DNA of 60,258 nt, filler included, from Sphacelaria rigidula (Eukaryota), in assembly GCA_964200075.2 (NCBI GenBank). It is 6 parts of 6 records of this genome, joined end to end, with 100 filler letters (N's around TTAATTAATTAA, not from the genome) between each part and the next. Parts side by side here need not be neighbours in the genome. Positions count along the whole stretch, not along the records: positions 1 to 9,960 come from CAXNAA020007409.1; positions 10,061 to 20,020 come from CAXNAA020007410.1; 4 more parts are not named here. One strand, written 5' to 3'. Shown here piece after piece: positions 1 to 14,233 of this stretch (positions are counted from its first letter, which is position 1; every line of letters starts with the position of its first letter). The notes below the pieces were generated by a model that was not told the DNA's origin, did no database searches, and worked only from the letters and a program-made list of their open reading frames with translations. The translations under genes and the position numbers were made by a program.

Positions 1-511
1 ATCAGAGCCACTCTCAATCGTATCATCTACTCTCAATCTCACGAAAACACTGTTTACAGTGCGTGGCCATTCTCACTACGAGTAATGTTTTCTTTTTTGG
101 AGGGTATATTGACTCACGTAGGCCGGAATTTGTCTGCCGCCTCACACTATCGAATTTTCTCATTCCCCACGGTTGTCAGTTCCGATACCACTACACAGAT
201 TCGTGCAACGGTGTACTCGTACTTCCTCTTCCAACTTTATATTTTCGTCGTGGTAAATATCGGCCGTGAAACACAATCGATGGACCTTAGAACAGGCTCG
301 ACTTTTGTGATGTGGCTCCGTGGGCCTCAACCATCGTATTTTTCATCCTACTGTAATGATCGCGAAATACCGGTGGCCAATCAAGGCCTTCCTTCACCCT
401 CCTCTCTCTCACGAAAATGGAGCTCGTTCGGCGGTCAGCACTTCGTGTTTTGTGGCTACTGAGAGGAGGATTCGTCGCGTAAGAATTGCAGCTAGATGCG
501 GGGGAACAAGT

Positions 512-762
512 GACACTTTCTACGATAGCCCCCCCAAAACACGTGCCTGATTTGGGGAGGCGAAATCTTCACGTAAATCGAGATGGAAAAAGTCGAGCAC
601 AACGAGCAGCTGGGAATTCCCACGCTTGGGTTCGTTCTCGGCAATGTCGTCCATATGAGGCGCTTCATGCACAGCCTGAAACCAAACATCAGGCGGTGTA
701 TGACCTTTTTTTCGCGACAGTTTTGGGCTAGTTTTTTAGGGGGGGTCATCGTAGCAAGTGTC
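512..762. mobile_element. ~251-bp MITE, GACACTTTCTACGATAG-C(n) TIR family
   Basis: Left end GACACTTTCTACGATAGCCCCCCC; right end GGGGGGGTCATCGTAGCAAGTGTC is its near reverse complement. The right interior matches 60179-60258 in reverse orientation. No clean TSD seen. Confidence 0.8.
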
Positions 763-2595
763 AACAGTCAACATGTACTGTCGCTGAATGCTGCCATTTG
801 AAAAAACCAGGGCTGGGTCGGACGATGCCAACCTGTACCGGTCGACTGACAGCATGCACGTTAGGCACGGTATTCATAATATGCAAACCAGCATCACAGT
901 TTAGTAACAGTCATTTCGCATTATCTTCAGCCTGGTAAGCGCCGCTCATGTCGTGTATGCTTAGAGCGGTAGTAGAAAGAACGTCCTTTCCGCTTATAAA
1001 TCCCCAGACGTGAAAGGTAGAAGCGATAACCACCGAAACAGCTCGAGCTTGAATGATTTCATCACTTTCATTTTTTTTTTCTCATTTTTTCTTTTTTATA
1101 TTCTTGGCGTGAAAATTACACAACCGCAGAGCGCCCCTTTGCTGCACGCTTTAGAGCACGCCAACAACACACACCCACTCGCATTTTTTGAACGCAAGTC
1201 ATAGGGTTACCTTCACATCACCACCACCATACAAACCCCCCTTTACCCCGCACCCGCCTCGCTGGCCCGCGCAAGCCGCACGATACCTCAAGGACCCCAC
1301 CAGCCGAACCTACGTATGTATACTGCGTACTGCGTACTGAAAATGATGCTGCCGTCATGTACAGTATCGGCAAGCGAAGAAGGGAGACCCCCTCTTTCTT
1401 ACGATGACTTCACGACATGTTTTTCTCCGTCTCCACTGTCCGCATGGAAGGAATGTCAAGAAAACACGATGTATCAGACCCCCTCCCTCCCCCACTAGCC
1501 TACATCACCTACGAATATACGCGTGACCCGTGGTGTGACCGATTGTCATGCAAAACATGGAACTACCCCCCCCTTCCCTCCTTGACTGACACGTTGCCTA
1601 TATCGCCAGATGCAGGGATACGACCATTGCAGGGGGCCAACCAACGCGATACCGGTTGCTCTTCCGAAGTCATGCTCCACTTCACCCTGCTTATCATCGT
1701 GACCAACTGCAACCCCCGCCCACAGCATGAAATCCTCTTTCATGGAGACTCACCCAACGCCTTGTTCATCCCTACTCCTGCTTTTCTCTCCAAAAGTACA
1801 CGGTTTTACACTAAAGAAGTATACTGCGTACTGCATACTTTGTTGTACTACAAGTACTGCCATATTGTACGCGAATGCGATAGTCCAAGTGACCCGTGGG
1901 GGTCGCGCTTGTCCTGTGGAAACACACCTGCACCCCGAACGGCCTGCCTATGGGGCACCAAAGTACGGCATCGCCTGAAACGAAGAAAAAACAGAGGCGA
2001 AAGGCGCGAAGTACACACCACCACCACCAACCACTACGAGTACCATCACCAAAACACATCTGTCTTCGCGAGTAACCCGAGTCGTACATCGCAAAACGAC
2101 CAGAAATAACAAACCTAAGGACTGATGGGTGTGCTCACAGCAACACCGACAACGAAAAAATACGAGAGAAGAAACAAAAAAACAAAAAAACATCATCATC
2201 ATCAGCAGCAGCAGCAGCAGCACGCTACCACTACTACAGCGTAAGTAGTGGACTCCTCATTGTCAAATCCTCCGACACGAGGGACAGGAGAGAACTGGGT
2301 TGAGCTGCACGACAAACCTCACCCGATGCACACAAATACACGGCGTTTCCGAGCTACTGTCATGGTTACATGCTACCAACAACATCAAACACACTCCGAA
2401 CATATGTTGGCCTCACGTCTTAATCTCTTATATCGCAAGTGCGAAGCGTTTCGCGTATTTCCATCCAACGAATGAAGAAAAAAAAAAGACGAGTGGGGTG
2501 CTCCATAAGCTACGGGTCTATGAATAGCACTACAGTCTTGTGTTACAGATCTTGAAGAGCGTGTCGGGTCATAGGGTATACCCGGTATTTTCAAG

Positions 2596-2827
2596 CAAGG
2601 GTCTACACGTTACACCCGTTACGTGTCACGTCAAAAGTTAAGCCAGGCTAGTACTACGGTGGGGGACGGGGATCATGTGGGGACCTCTGTTCAAAAGTCA
2701 AGTAAAATCAGGGTTCCCCACGTGGTCCCCCACGGTACTACTATACTAGCCTGGCTTAAGTTTTGACAACTTTTGACAACTTTTGACGTGAAACGTGAAC
2801 GTAACGAGTGTCATGTGTAGACCCTTG
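2596..2827. mobile_element. Foldback/MITE-like palindrome with 5S-rRNA-like arms
   Basis: CAAGGGTCTACAC..CGTTACG..TCACGTCAAAAGTTAAGCCAGGCTAGTA pairs with TACTAGCCTGGCTTAA..CTTTTGACGTGA..CGTAACG..GTGTAGACCCTTG. Confidence 0.8.
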
Positions 2828-3422
2828 GATAGTTTGGTGATTTGAAAAGTGAAGATTCGACTCATGCCCACAACAGCAGCCAGTCCAGTGCTATTGTTCC
2901 CCCACCTAAAGTACATACAAGTCATGGTGACTGACATAGACAGGTGATGTGCTACTTTTTCAAAATACCAAAATCGGATATACCGTGTCCGACACATCCT
3001 TGCAGATTTTTGTTCACGTGCGCAATCAAAATGAATAAAGAAACCGCCATAAAAAAAGGGACTGCCAAATCGATGAACATAAATACATACAAAGCATGAG
3101 CGCAAAGCACTCGCGCTAGAAAACACCAGGGTATTATTACTGCCAATGCAGTTAGACAACGACAATAACAACGACAACGAAACCAGCGCATAAAAGGAAA
3201 TACACAATAAAAATATGCAGCCTCGTTTCCGGGTGCTGGAGTCGAAAAAGATATGCAAAGCAGCAGTGCCGCCGTTTCACCAAGGGCTACCTAGCCGTGG
3301 ACAATGGGAAACTTGGACAGCGCACCTACACGTACACCCTCCACCCCACCCCGCTAGATTTTTGTAATATAGGTGTGACGACGGGTGAGAGCCCAGCCCC
3401 ATGTTTTCGGAGTCAAGGGATG

Positions 3423-3457
<35 letters not shown>

Positions 3458-4674
3458 CCCCGCCCCCCTCCGCCTTTATGATGGATGGTCACACGACCAA
3501 AGCAAGCAACAAAGGAGTACGCTTCCCCCCCCCCCCCTTCACCTTTGTAGGGGTTAGAGGCCAATGGTCTGATGACTACGGCATGCATGATCATGAGTAC
3601 ACCCCTCTCTCCACCTCCAACCGCCGCACCCAGCCCACCCTGAGCTCTCAAGACTAGTGCTTCACGGTCTCAGGCCGCCAGCTGCTTCATAAACACACAG
3701 AGTCATCTCCAGAGAGCTGCAGAATCAGGTGTGTCATATCGTCATAATATCCCGTCAACAGCATTTTGCCTAGAGGGTGATGGGAGAGGCGTTTTTGCCT
3801 CACCACCCACACCGGACTCTTCACTCGCAACAACCGTCCCCTCACGAAATGCACTATTGGTGGTCACCCTCGTTTCTCCTCAGAGGCACTCTACTGGAAT
3901 ATCATATCAAGATAAAGGGAATCGCTCTCAGGCACGGGAAAAAACTACTCATCAACAGATCAAGCCCTTGCCCCGCCTCTAAATAAACAACACCAAAAAA
4001 CACACACACACACACACACACAGGGAAAATGCGAACTACTACAGCACTCTCGAAAAAAATTACTCGCTGCACCTAGCGCACCCCTCATCCCGAGAGTCTC
4101 CTGAAACATACCTCGTCTATCCCCGCCACAGGGCCTGCATCTCATTACACACGTACGCCTTCATCATTTCTGGACGTACCTACCCCACCTAGATCACACA
4201 AAATTTCTGCTGCCGACACCATCCACGAAATGCAGCAAACGACAAAGGACGGACAAAATGCGGACCTTCTTTACACTGAAGCGACACCGACTGAGGAATA
4301 TAGCCCGCAAAGGCCGGACGAAAATAACCCCGAGCTCGAAATTACCTACAGTTTGCAAACTCCAACATGTACCCAACAAGTGATTGATTGTTGAACGCGT
4401 TGATCCCAAGGCATGCTATAGCTCGGCAGCCACAGCTGACGGCACTTGAAACGAAACGACGCCCCGGCGGCAACAAAGGGACCGAGAAAGCCTCCTCCAT
4501 CTCATAGTATTTCGGGGTGAACATGAAGAAGGAAAAATGTAGACGACCTTAGTCGGAATGAACAGAAACAAACAGAGAAAGGGAGACAGCACAAAAAAGC
4601 CCGTCTTGACCCGAACAAGTTCTCATCCAATCAAACAAACATCTATTGCACCTCCCCCTCTTTCTCTCCCCGCC

Positions 4675-7600
4675 TCACGAGGCACTCAGACGAGGCTTCT
4701 TCTCGAGCGACGTACGGCGGGGCGACGACGCTCTCACACCGTCCCCACGACTGATCGCACTCGACGGCCGCACACTCCCCGTCACGTTATTCCGCCGCCC
4801 CCCGCCGGCCGCAACCCCAGCACCTCTCGTGCTCGCCGTGCCTCTCAGCGACATGCTCCTACCCGAGGTAGCACGACTGAAACGCGCACCGGTATCGTCC
4901 TCCGCGGACGTCCGTTGCGAACTGCCAGACCTAGAGCGCGCCGCGCCCCCACCAGAGCTCGCTTTCGTAGCCCCAGTTCCCGCGCTAGAAGTCGAGGCAC
5001 TGCGCGCCGGGCCCGTCCTCGGGCCCCTACGCGACCCGGTCCGCGTGGAGCCCGTGAGGGGACCAGTAGGACTCGGGGGAGGTGCGGTGGTAGAGGAAGA
5101 CGAGGTTCTGGGCCGATGGGATGCCGTAGGCCGTGACGCCCCTACCGTGCTCGGTCGGGTGGGGCTGGTAGATCTCCTGGTGGCGTCGACACTAGACCGT
5201 GTGCTGTAGCTCGGCCTTCCTCCCCAGAAACTCCCCCCTCCTGTGCTACCGCAGCTCGTACGGGGGCTCATAGTTGCGGTGGTCGACGAAGCTGAACTTC
5301 GGGAGGGGCGGACGCCCTTCCGAGAGGCCCTCGTGCGGGAGCCGGGGCTGGGCGCTGCTGCAGTGATGCTGATTGGGGCGCCGTTGCTGTCTCGCGCGCA
5401 TGCGGGGCTCAGCGCGCTAGTGCTATTGCGGTAGACGCCTGGGCTACTGGGAACGTTGATGGAGGGCGGTGGCCGCCCGCGCGAGGATGAGATGGGCTTT
5501 CCGAGGCTTAGTTGGCGGCTCGCCTTACCCAGTTCGACCTGGCTTACCTGGGTTTCATGTGTTGGGGATGCGAAATAGTATATACAGTTGCTCGGTTCAC
5601 GGCTGACATTCATCAAGCTATGGCAATTGAACAGCAAGATTTATCAGGGCAGAGTATCCAATCTTACCGAATGCCTACAAGAATCAAGGTTCGCCAACAG
5701 TATTTTGGGACATGTTATCTGATGTATCAAGTCTGACGTCGCCAGTTCGCACACTCGCAAGTATGGGCTTTTTTCTTTTGAATAGAGCCACTTTTTTTTA
5801 TCCGCCTCTGTGTCGCTCATACCATTCTTGGTCCGGTACGACGACGACCATGAGGCCGGACCCGCGACGATCGACAAGCGTCTTAGCGTACAGCCTCACG
5901 TGTGCTCATGAAAGCAACTATTGTGGCACCCAGCGCCCCCTTGGCCACAAGCTTGCATCTGAGCTGTTCCGATTTCTTGTACTTCGCGGCAGCTTTTATG
6001 GGTACGTGATCATAACGGCCTGCTGGTTCGTGAAAAAAACACATCTGAAAAAATCTGAAAAAAATAAAAGATGATAAGAGATGGGTCTCGGGCTGGAATA
6101 AACTCACCTGGTTGGCAAAGCGAAGGCTGCAAACCGTCTCATTGGCCGATGCTGCGGTGGGAGAGAGGTTGACGAACATCAGAGCCTTGCCGTCACCGGA
6201 CAAGCAATCCTGAGTCACCAAGTTTCCGTGATAAACAAACGCGACGTCCGTCCGCAAGGGACGGTAGATGGGTAGCCACCATCGAGTATTTTTAGCTTGG
6301 TGTACACTCATCGCGTGGTATGGCACGCAGCTGCCAAAGTCCCGTTTATTTGAAATTGAGCAAGAGGGAATCTAGGTACGTGAAGTATCCTGTGGGGACC
6401 GTACACGTGCAAAGCCAGTAGGCATCCCGTAACTGCACTATCGACAGTGTTTGCGCACATGCTCTGCAGGCCTCGTGTTTTAATCCAACAATGCACTGGT
6501 TGACTTGATTGATTGATTTTCGCACATTAGCCCTATGGAAACTATACCCCCAAGAAGTGCTGATTTATGTTTTGTGAATCGGCGTAATTTTCAGTCAAGT
6601 CAAAATGATGTCGATTCACAAAGATTCACAAAAAAAAATCAGCAGTTTAGTTACCAAAGGGTTAACTGAACCCACGAGGTGGTCATTATTAACACAAGAT
6701 AGACATGCTCTCCCAAGGTAAACCAGACGGACACACTAGCTAGAGGACGCTCGAGGAAAGGGGGAAAAAACGGTGTGGTAAAGATATAAGAAACACAGTC
6801 TAGACTGAACAAAAACCAGAGAAAATCAACAGAAACAGAAACGAAAGAACAAAAGATAGAGAGAGGGTATGAAGACGAATAGCCGACCCCGACGAAAAAA
6901 ATGATAACAATGGTGAAAAAAAAAAGGACAAGGAATGGCCGACTCCTGCAGCATGACTTCAGGTGAAAAAGATGGTGATGCAAAAATACCACACCCTGGA
7001 CTATGACAATAGATTACAATGTCAAAAATGTACTGCGTACAGAATGGAATAAATCGTCAATGGTAGTAGACGCAATAGTAGATAATGACGACATATTACA
7101 TTCTCGGCAACGCAATCTGCCGTCATTATCCAGGGTGTGAAAAATACAAAGAAGATTGCTTTCGAAGCTGCTTGGGAACCACAGTATTTGGGCATTAAAT
7201 GTCACCCATGGGCTCTACAGAGGCAAGACACAAATACTAGTGCAGTGCCAAACTAAGAGTGTAACCGGGAAGATAAGGGTGGGTGTATATCAGTTTTCGT
7301 GCTACCCGCGCGTCTCCCAGTCATCCCTAGTCGAGTACAAAGCAAGTAACTCTCGCCCGTATATATCCTGGATTCTTCGCCAGCTGTTGCTGTTGTGTCA
7401 GCTGAGGGCTCTCGTACTGGCGGCTTTCAACGCAACAACAGCCTGTCGCTCAAGGCGTGGGCCCACTCGGCCTCCTGTCTTCCATCACGAGATTAAAAAG
7501 AAACTGCGACTACATACAAAACACAGAACGGTGACAGTACGTACACGAGTTCCTATCGATCTACACCGGGCATACATACACAGGGGGGGGACGAGTACGC

Positions 7601-9268
7601 TCGTACAGCGGTACATCTGCAACAACCAAGCAAGAATCCAATTTCCGCCCACCTGCATAAGGTATGTGAGCTTGGAGTTCCGGAAGGGGATGTGCGTCGA
7701 CTTGGCCGAGAGCGAAGAAAACACATCTGCAAGACAACTCAGTGACTTGTTGATGCTCTGAGTCTCTCGCAGCCGCTGCGCGTCCGCGCCCACTCCTGAC
7801 CGATCGAGGCGCTCACTTCCTGCCAGGTCGACGAGATGCAAAACACCCTGATGAGGAAAAATGAGGGGGGGAAGAAAAGGGCGCAGCCGACGTCTTGGGG
7901 TCAGCATTATCTGTATATATCGACGCTTGACCACAACTGGCAAAAGAAGCAGAGTGAGGGTGGACGCAGCTTGCGCTATTAACAGTGCTCCAAAACAAAA
8001 ACATAGACAACAGACCAAAGACACTTTTTCGAGGTATGCGTGCTATTGTACTGTTTCGAACAGTCACCGCATTTCACGCAAGAAACATGTAGTATCGTGT
8101 ACGTAGACCTCACCACAGTATCCCCCCCCTCTCCCTAACGACACGAAATCATGCTCAACCTGACTCTCTTCTCCTGTGCGAGCGAGTTTACTTCTCCGGC
8201 CAGGGCATACAGAGCAGGGGGATCAACCTTTTTTTGGTTTAAGGCAGTGCCCAACCCGGGGACCGTCCTATTATTTTCGAGATCTCAAGTCTTGCGTTCC
8301 TTTGACCCACTTTCTTGTCAGGGGATCGACAGTATACTACGGGAGTCTACCCCACAACTACCCTGCATGCCGTGCTTCCCCGCCAGGTGCGGCGCCGTTC
8401 TTGTTCAACCCCAAAATTGACTCACCTTGAGGGTCGTACCCGTAGATGCGTCCGTGCCGGAGAGCCACAGTGTGAAAACGCTGTGACTACGGGAAGACTG
8501 CGCATTCATGGCGGTACTGGCCACGCTGCGCGCGCGCTGAGCCACCGACATGATTTCTTCCAGCTCGCCCAACCCGCGCTCTTGATCATCTGCGCACCCA
8601 TTCACCATTTTTTTTTCCAGGCGGACAATATTACCCATTAACTCATCATGAGAGTTCGACGGAGGAGAGACACTTCAAATACTGAGAAACATACGACTGA
8701 AAGCTTCACAGCGCAGCAGCGGCACCGGAATCACGGGAGCTCCATGTCTGGGAAAGGGCTAATGTGAGAAGCAGAAAAATGAAATAAGAAGCTCGCGTGA
8801 CAACCGCATGTGTTAAACTTCTACGGTGTTGCTGGGGGTATGTGAGTGAACGCACACACATCGACAGCAGCTACTGTTCACTGCGCTAGAATGCACACTA
8901 GCGGACGTATTTGCGGCGATAAAAGTTTACCCAAAGGATGCGCGTCTCACTGTTCTCTCCTACAACGCTGAAGCTGAAAAATGACAGCTTAGGCAGGCTC
9001 GCGGTCCATACAAAGCAGCGTGATCCATGGACACAGCGCCACTCATCCACGACCGCGACGCATCCATACCCACTAGCTAGTACAAGCGCTTCATCCGTCC
9101 AACGATCATTGTGATCGCGACGCAACCCTTCACACGCCTGCACAGACAACATTTTCATGCCAGTCACCTGTATCGATGGGGAACCTGGTGAGACCAGCCA
9201 CCTCTGTTCCTCCGTCTGCTGCCTTCCTGATCACCAATTTGTTGCCGCTGTTAGCGGACGAGCTCCCC
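4675..9268 (-). CDS. Kinesin motor protein, kinesin-14 (KIFC/KAR3-like) type; 3' part, 5 exons, 5' exons outside contig
   Basis: Exons 9268-9168, 8589-8426, 7847-7653, 6209-6108 and 5547-4675, all GT-AG with matching phases. Encodes [12 protein letters not shown] (switch I), [10 protein letters not shown] (switch II), [37 protein letters not shown] and [20 protein letters not shown], then a Ser/Arg/Gly-rich tail ending KKPRLSAS*. Confidence 0.93.
6558..6645. repeat. Small inverted-repeat element in kinesin intron
   Basis: TGCTGATTT..TTTGTGAATC pairs with GATTCACAAAAAAAAATCAGCA. Confidence 0.5.
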
Positions 9269-9960
9269 CTGCGCTCAACAACGACATCAACAGCGCAGCC
9301 CCGAAAAAACATGACACATGAACGACGACATGGGGTCCGAATTCACCCATTAGAATATTGCCGAGCTGAACCTTAGTGCATATGTACTTGAACAAATTCG
9401 GGTACATTACGGGGGAGGTTGACGTATATCAAAGGTACGGGGCGGATAGATGTTGCGTTATGACCATCATATGACGCATAGGAGGCGATGTGTTCTGTGC
9501 ACCCCAATAGTGCCACTTCATGTACTTCATATTTTTGCGTATTTGCATATCTGTATTTCGGTGGTGTGCGTGGTCGCAGCTCTGGCGGAGCTTCCACGGT
9601 TGCTGTTGGGTGAATAAAAGGGTATAAGAGGTCAATGCAAGAAGAGTTACTACATATTCTCCTCTGTCCAGAGCACCCGATTCGAGGGGCCTTCATTACT
9701 TCATGATCACCTTCTTCAGAGCGCCACTCTGGACGGAAAGAACAACTTCCCAGTAAGCACGCAACACTGCCATTGATGAACCTGCTTAACTCGTTAGTGC
9801 TCTCCCATCGGGCAGACGTTACAGTATCTACACTGAATGCTACTTACACTAACGTAAAGACAGCTACACCTCCCATACTGGTTGATCACCCATGAGGCAG
9901 TGCAAAAGCCGTGGATGTCTCTGGAAGTGGCGATACCACAAAATAAAGCAACTCATTGTT

Positions 9961-10060
9961 NNNNNNNNNNNNNNNNNNNNNNNNNNNNNNNNNNNNNNNN
10001 NNNNTTAATTAATTAANNNNNNNNNNNNNNNNNNNNNNNNNNNNNNNNNNNNNNNNNNNN
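9961..10060. other. Artificial contig linker (N44-TTAATTAATTAA-N44); same linker at 20021-20120, 30081-30180, 40141-40240, 50200-50299
   Basis: Identical 100-bp spacer with a six-frame-stop 12-mer occurs five times. Intervening contigs are 9960, 9960, 9960, 9960, 9959 and 9959 bp, as expected for size-sorted concatenation. Confidence 0.97.
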
Positions 10061-10412
10061 AGAAAGTGTCCACCACTATCCTTCTGTTTGCTACGGTCAC
10101 CACGAAATAAAAAAAAACGCCAGGTGCCTCAAGCATAGCTTGACTATGAAACATGGGGACGTTGCCCTTCATCCTATTAATTCTCACCATCCATCTTCTC
10201 GTCCTAGTTCTGCGTGAGTTTCTCTAGGAGTGAGTGTTATCGGCTGTTCACCTTCGTGACGTTCATCTTGTCATCACCGAAAGGACCCGTAGCGGATAGG
10301 CTAGTGGGCGACAATCGATTGAATCAAAAGAATCATGCATGTACACTGCCGTAAGGCCGTAACGGGCACTATGCACACCCGGCTCAACACCACGCCCCCG
10401 TGCCTGCCCTAC

Positions 10413-13400
10413 CTCTTCCACGCTTGCGTCTCTGATCTTAGTAGACGAGATGTCCGTGAGCATGGGAGGGTGATGGGTCTCAATTCCAGCCAGAAGGTCC
10501 TCTGTCTCTGGTCTCACCCCCAATCCTGACGAGTTGTACATCGCGAAAAAGCAAGTCACCGCAAACAAAAGCAACGCGCACGCTATTGGGAGTGGAGGGC
10601 GAAATATACTATAAACGCGCGCCCGCACATGCGGGAAAAAAAATCACGGTTCTACATGCCAACTGTCGTGCGTCACCGCATCAAGGACGGAGTTGCCTCT
10701 CCATGACTGCCCACTTTTGGTCCTCCGTAGACCACTATGCAGCAAATGGACGTATTAAAAACTACCTCTACTAGGTATACATGGGGAGAGAAACTGCAAG
10801 CACAGGTCAGTCATGACACGATGAGAGCAAACTTCACATGCGGCATGGGCCTGAAATCACGCAAGTGTCGACCACACGCACGCAAATAGATCGCACTCAC
10901 GATCAACAACAACGAACTTGAGCAGTTTCAGGAGCTCCTCGGACTTGCGCCACTTGCCCTTCTTCAGATCTTGATACGCGTCGGTGCCCACCAAGAAATG
11001 GAACTGTCAGTGACCGACAAACACCCAACGACAACGACGACGACGACGACGACGTTCCATTCGTTACTCCGTAGGCGACCGCACACGTTGCATACGATCT
11101 CGCGAGCATTGACCGGAAAAATGATTCATGACCAACGACAATACAATAGCGACGGCAATGTGCCGAAGGACAGGAAAAGCGCGAAGGGGTCTCCCCGGTG
11201 AAGCAAGAGATTCTGCTAGTCTCGACACAGAACTAATAACAGTACACAGCCCCATCATTTGCATGACGCTGACGATCCATGCAGTCACTTCTCCGTCCGA
11301 CTGGATCGCGGCTCGAGCGTTTGCGATGCGATACAAATGCTATGCACATACTATCTGCGCGCTCTCAACGAAGGCACCCTTGATTTTTTTCCTTGCGCAG
11401 AACCCTCAATCTTGACAGTATTCAAATATATAAGGTGTGAAAGAGTGTGACGAGGGCAAGGAGGTACGGCGCAGCACGCACCTCTACGCCAGGATGTTTC
11501 GCCCTCAGAAATTCAACGACATCATAGGTGCTCGTGCGTTTTGGGGCGACAGCGGGAGTACTGCGGCGGAACCGTCGCAACAAAACGAGAGTAGTGCCAC
11601 CGAGAAAAAGTTGTCGAACGAAGGAGGGAGCAGGGGTGAGGGCGGGAGAGGAACAGAGAGAGTTCAGTGTCGATGGCCTCACGAACAACAGCTGAAATTC
11701 GTTCCGCCGCTTTATCGCTACCTACCCCGTTGCCAGGACACCTGGCGTGGCTGCTTCATATGGCTGTCCTGCTTACTCCCCGTAGAGGAAATGACCTCGT
11801 CCGTTCTCCATTCCACCCGGGTAGGGTTTCCACGTCAGAGATGAAGCTGCATGTATGCAGTTTCCGACGTTGCACTATGTGGGCCTCTAGTTCGCCAACA
11901 TGACGTACGTTACATAGCACGAAAACACCGGGAACGCGCAATCCACCAGCATCTTGCAAAACATTCCCCGGGTGGTGAACTGTTTCGGATATATTTTTGT
12001 ACCGTATCGGAACAGTACCCGACGGCGATGACTTTTCGGAGCCCAAGTGCTCATCATCCGGAACTATCCTACTGTGTGACCTTCCGCCGTCTGCTGGGCG
12101 GTCGGCTTCGTGCACCCACCCGGCTTGCTCTGTTCCGCGACCCTCTCGCTCTTTCTGCCTCCACATATAGACTTCCTGCTCGGTTCGGGACACCCTCACT
12201 TTGGTGGTGGCGCTGGAGTGCCTCTCAAACGCGAGCCTATCGCAGCAGTAAACAATACGTGCAATTAGAATGGCGTACAATACCATGAGATAACGTGCGC
12301 TGATGGAAAATGTCATGAATACACATCCATCTTGGACAAGTTTTGTCCGAAATAATGACTGTACCCATGTCAGAACACAGAACGCTTGACGAAAAGCGTG
12401 CGAAGGTATAGGCATCGTGTGCGAGAAAAAACTGGGGAGGATAAACGACCGTTTGTAACTCAGCAATCTTTTCTGAGCATATGATTCGATCGAACCACCA
12501 ATTACAGCGAGGAGGGGGGAGGGGGGGGGAACTACTCTTCATCATGCCGATCAAACGCAAGATAAACACCAGCAGCCCTCACTTGCTGCCCAGCACAGCC
12601 GAACTGAACCCGGTGGACCAAGGGTCTTCAACACGTGGAGAGCACTCTTTTAGTTTGCGTGATGGAGTGCATGATGGCCATCGAGAAGCAAGTAGCTGAA
12701 ACGTGGAATTGTGGTGTGCCCAGGGACCAGAATCCCACCGCTGAATAATGACTGGCACATCATCTACATCAAGGGCGTGCGTTAGTGCAGTCTTGGCTGA
12801 ACAACAGCATGTTCGAGGGTGTGACATTAACGAAGCTCGAGCGGCTTGGCGATTACAAATTCACTGTGATTGCTAGGAAATAATCGTCTAGAAGCATAGA
12901 GTACAAGCGGCTGACGAATACACAGCGACAGGTTTGGTGAGCGACGAAGAAGACTGACGCAGCGACGAGAACAATAACAAATTGTGCAGGTTACGCCCTT
13001 CGCCATTCTCACAAAATAGAGCGATCCCCGTTGCAATCGATGATTTGCATGCCAAAAGAAAACATGGGATGGCGCCGCGAGAGCCAGCACTTGACGTGAG
13101 TGCTTACCGCGCACATCATAATTACTTCCCACACTTGCCCGCAGGGACCCACGTTGTGGACACATATATTTTGAATCACACAGGTGTGGTCCCAACTTTT
13201 ATTCGAGCGCTGCAGATGGTTGCCATATCGCGCTTCCTGCACTGCATCGAAATGAAGACAACGACCCTCACCGACACATTTCGACCCTGTCATCGTAGGT
13301 AACCGCTTTGTCGCTCTCCATGGCGGCTCTCTTCGCCGCGAACATGTGCACGTAAACAGGAAGCACCCATATCTCGTCGAATTGCCCTGATCAAGAGAGG

Positions 13401-14188
13401 TGAGGTGTTGCGTCCAGCTATGTTAATGAGGGCTCGTGGGCCCGCTGTGAATCGAAGAGAATACGGAGTCCAGCGCCCGCCACTAAACATCGTGATAGCA
13501 GACAGTTCTGTGATCTTGTTTCACGTACTGGGGTGTGAGAGGTCACGTGCCGCGGATATCGTATCGTGTGTATCTTGATTTGCATCAAGCAGGCGTCGAC
13601 TGCCAGGCATGTCAGAAGATTTCAACTGCCCTTTCCGCAAATCAACTTGGCTGTTCGGAGCGACGCAATGAATTCCGTACCCGAACTTTGTTCACCCCCT
13701 TTCTTTTAGGTTACGGTAATGATGTTCATAGTTTCTTTAAGCTGCTGCGAACGTTGCGCACTTGAGCACAACCCACCCTGCATATATATTCGACGGCGTG
13801 TTATTTGCTCTCTCACGGCTACACCTTGCTGTAAAAACAGGCAGTTTCTTCAAGCCGCTGCAAACGCAGTGAATTGGAGCATGACCCGCCCTACAGATAC
13901 AACCTCGACGCGCATCACGGGTGTACTTTGCTGTAACACACATCGTTTTTTGTAGTCTACCGTACTCTTCCTATTTTCGTCACACTTCCAGCCCTTCTTC
14001 CTCGGGGCGAGCCCGTGGTATCGAAGGATCAACCCATCCCTCCAATCGGGTGACGTGGTGCGTATTTTGAGGAGTTAGGAGCTGAAAACTTTGACACGAC
14101 ATTTTTATCGACACGCGCAACATCTCCGGGGATGCCAGGAAAAAAAGGACGGAAAGCAAGAGTGATTTCGAATTTCATAACTCCGTGG

Positions 14189-14233
<45 letters not shown>

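Noticed and set aside
4558-5209. Long plus-strand ORFs (192 aa, 187 aa)
   Set aside because: Antisense shadows of the GC-rich kinesin terminal exon.
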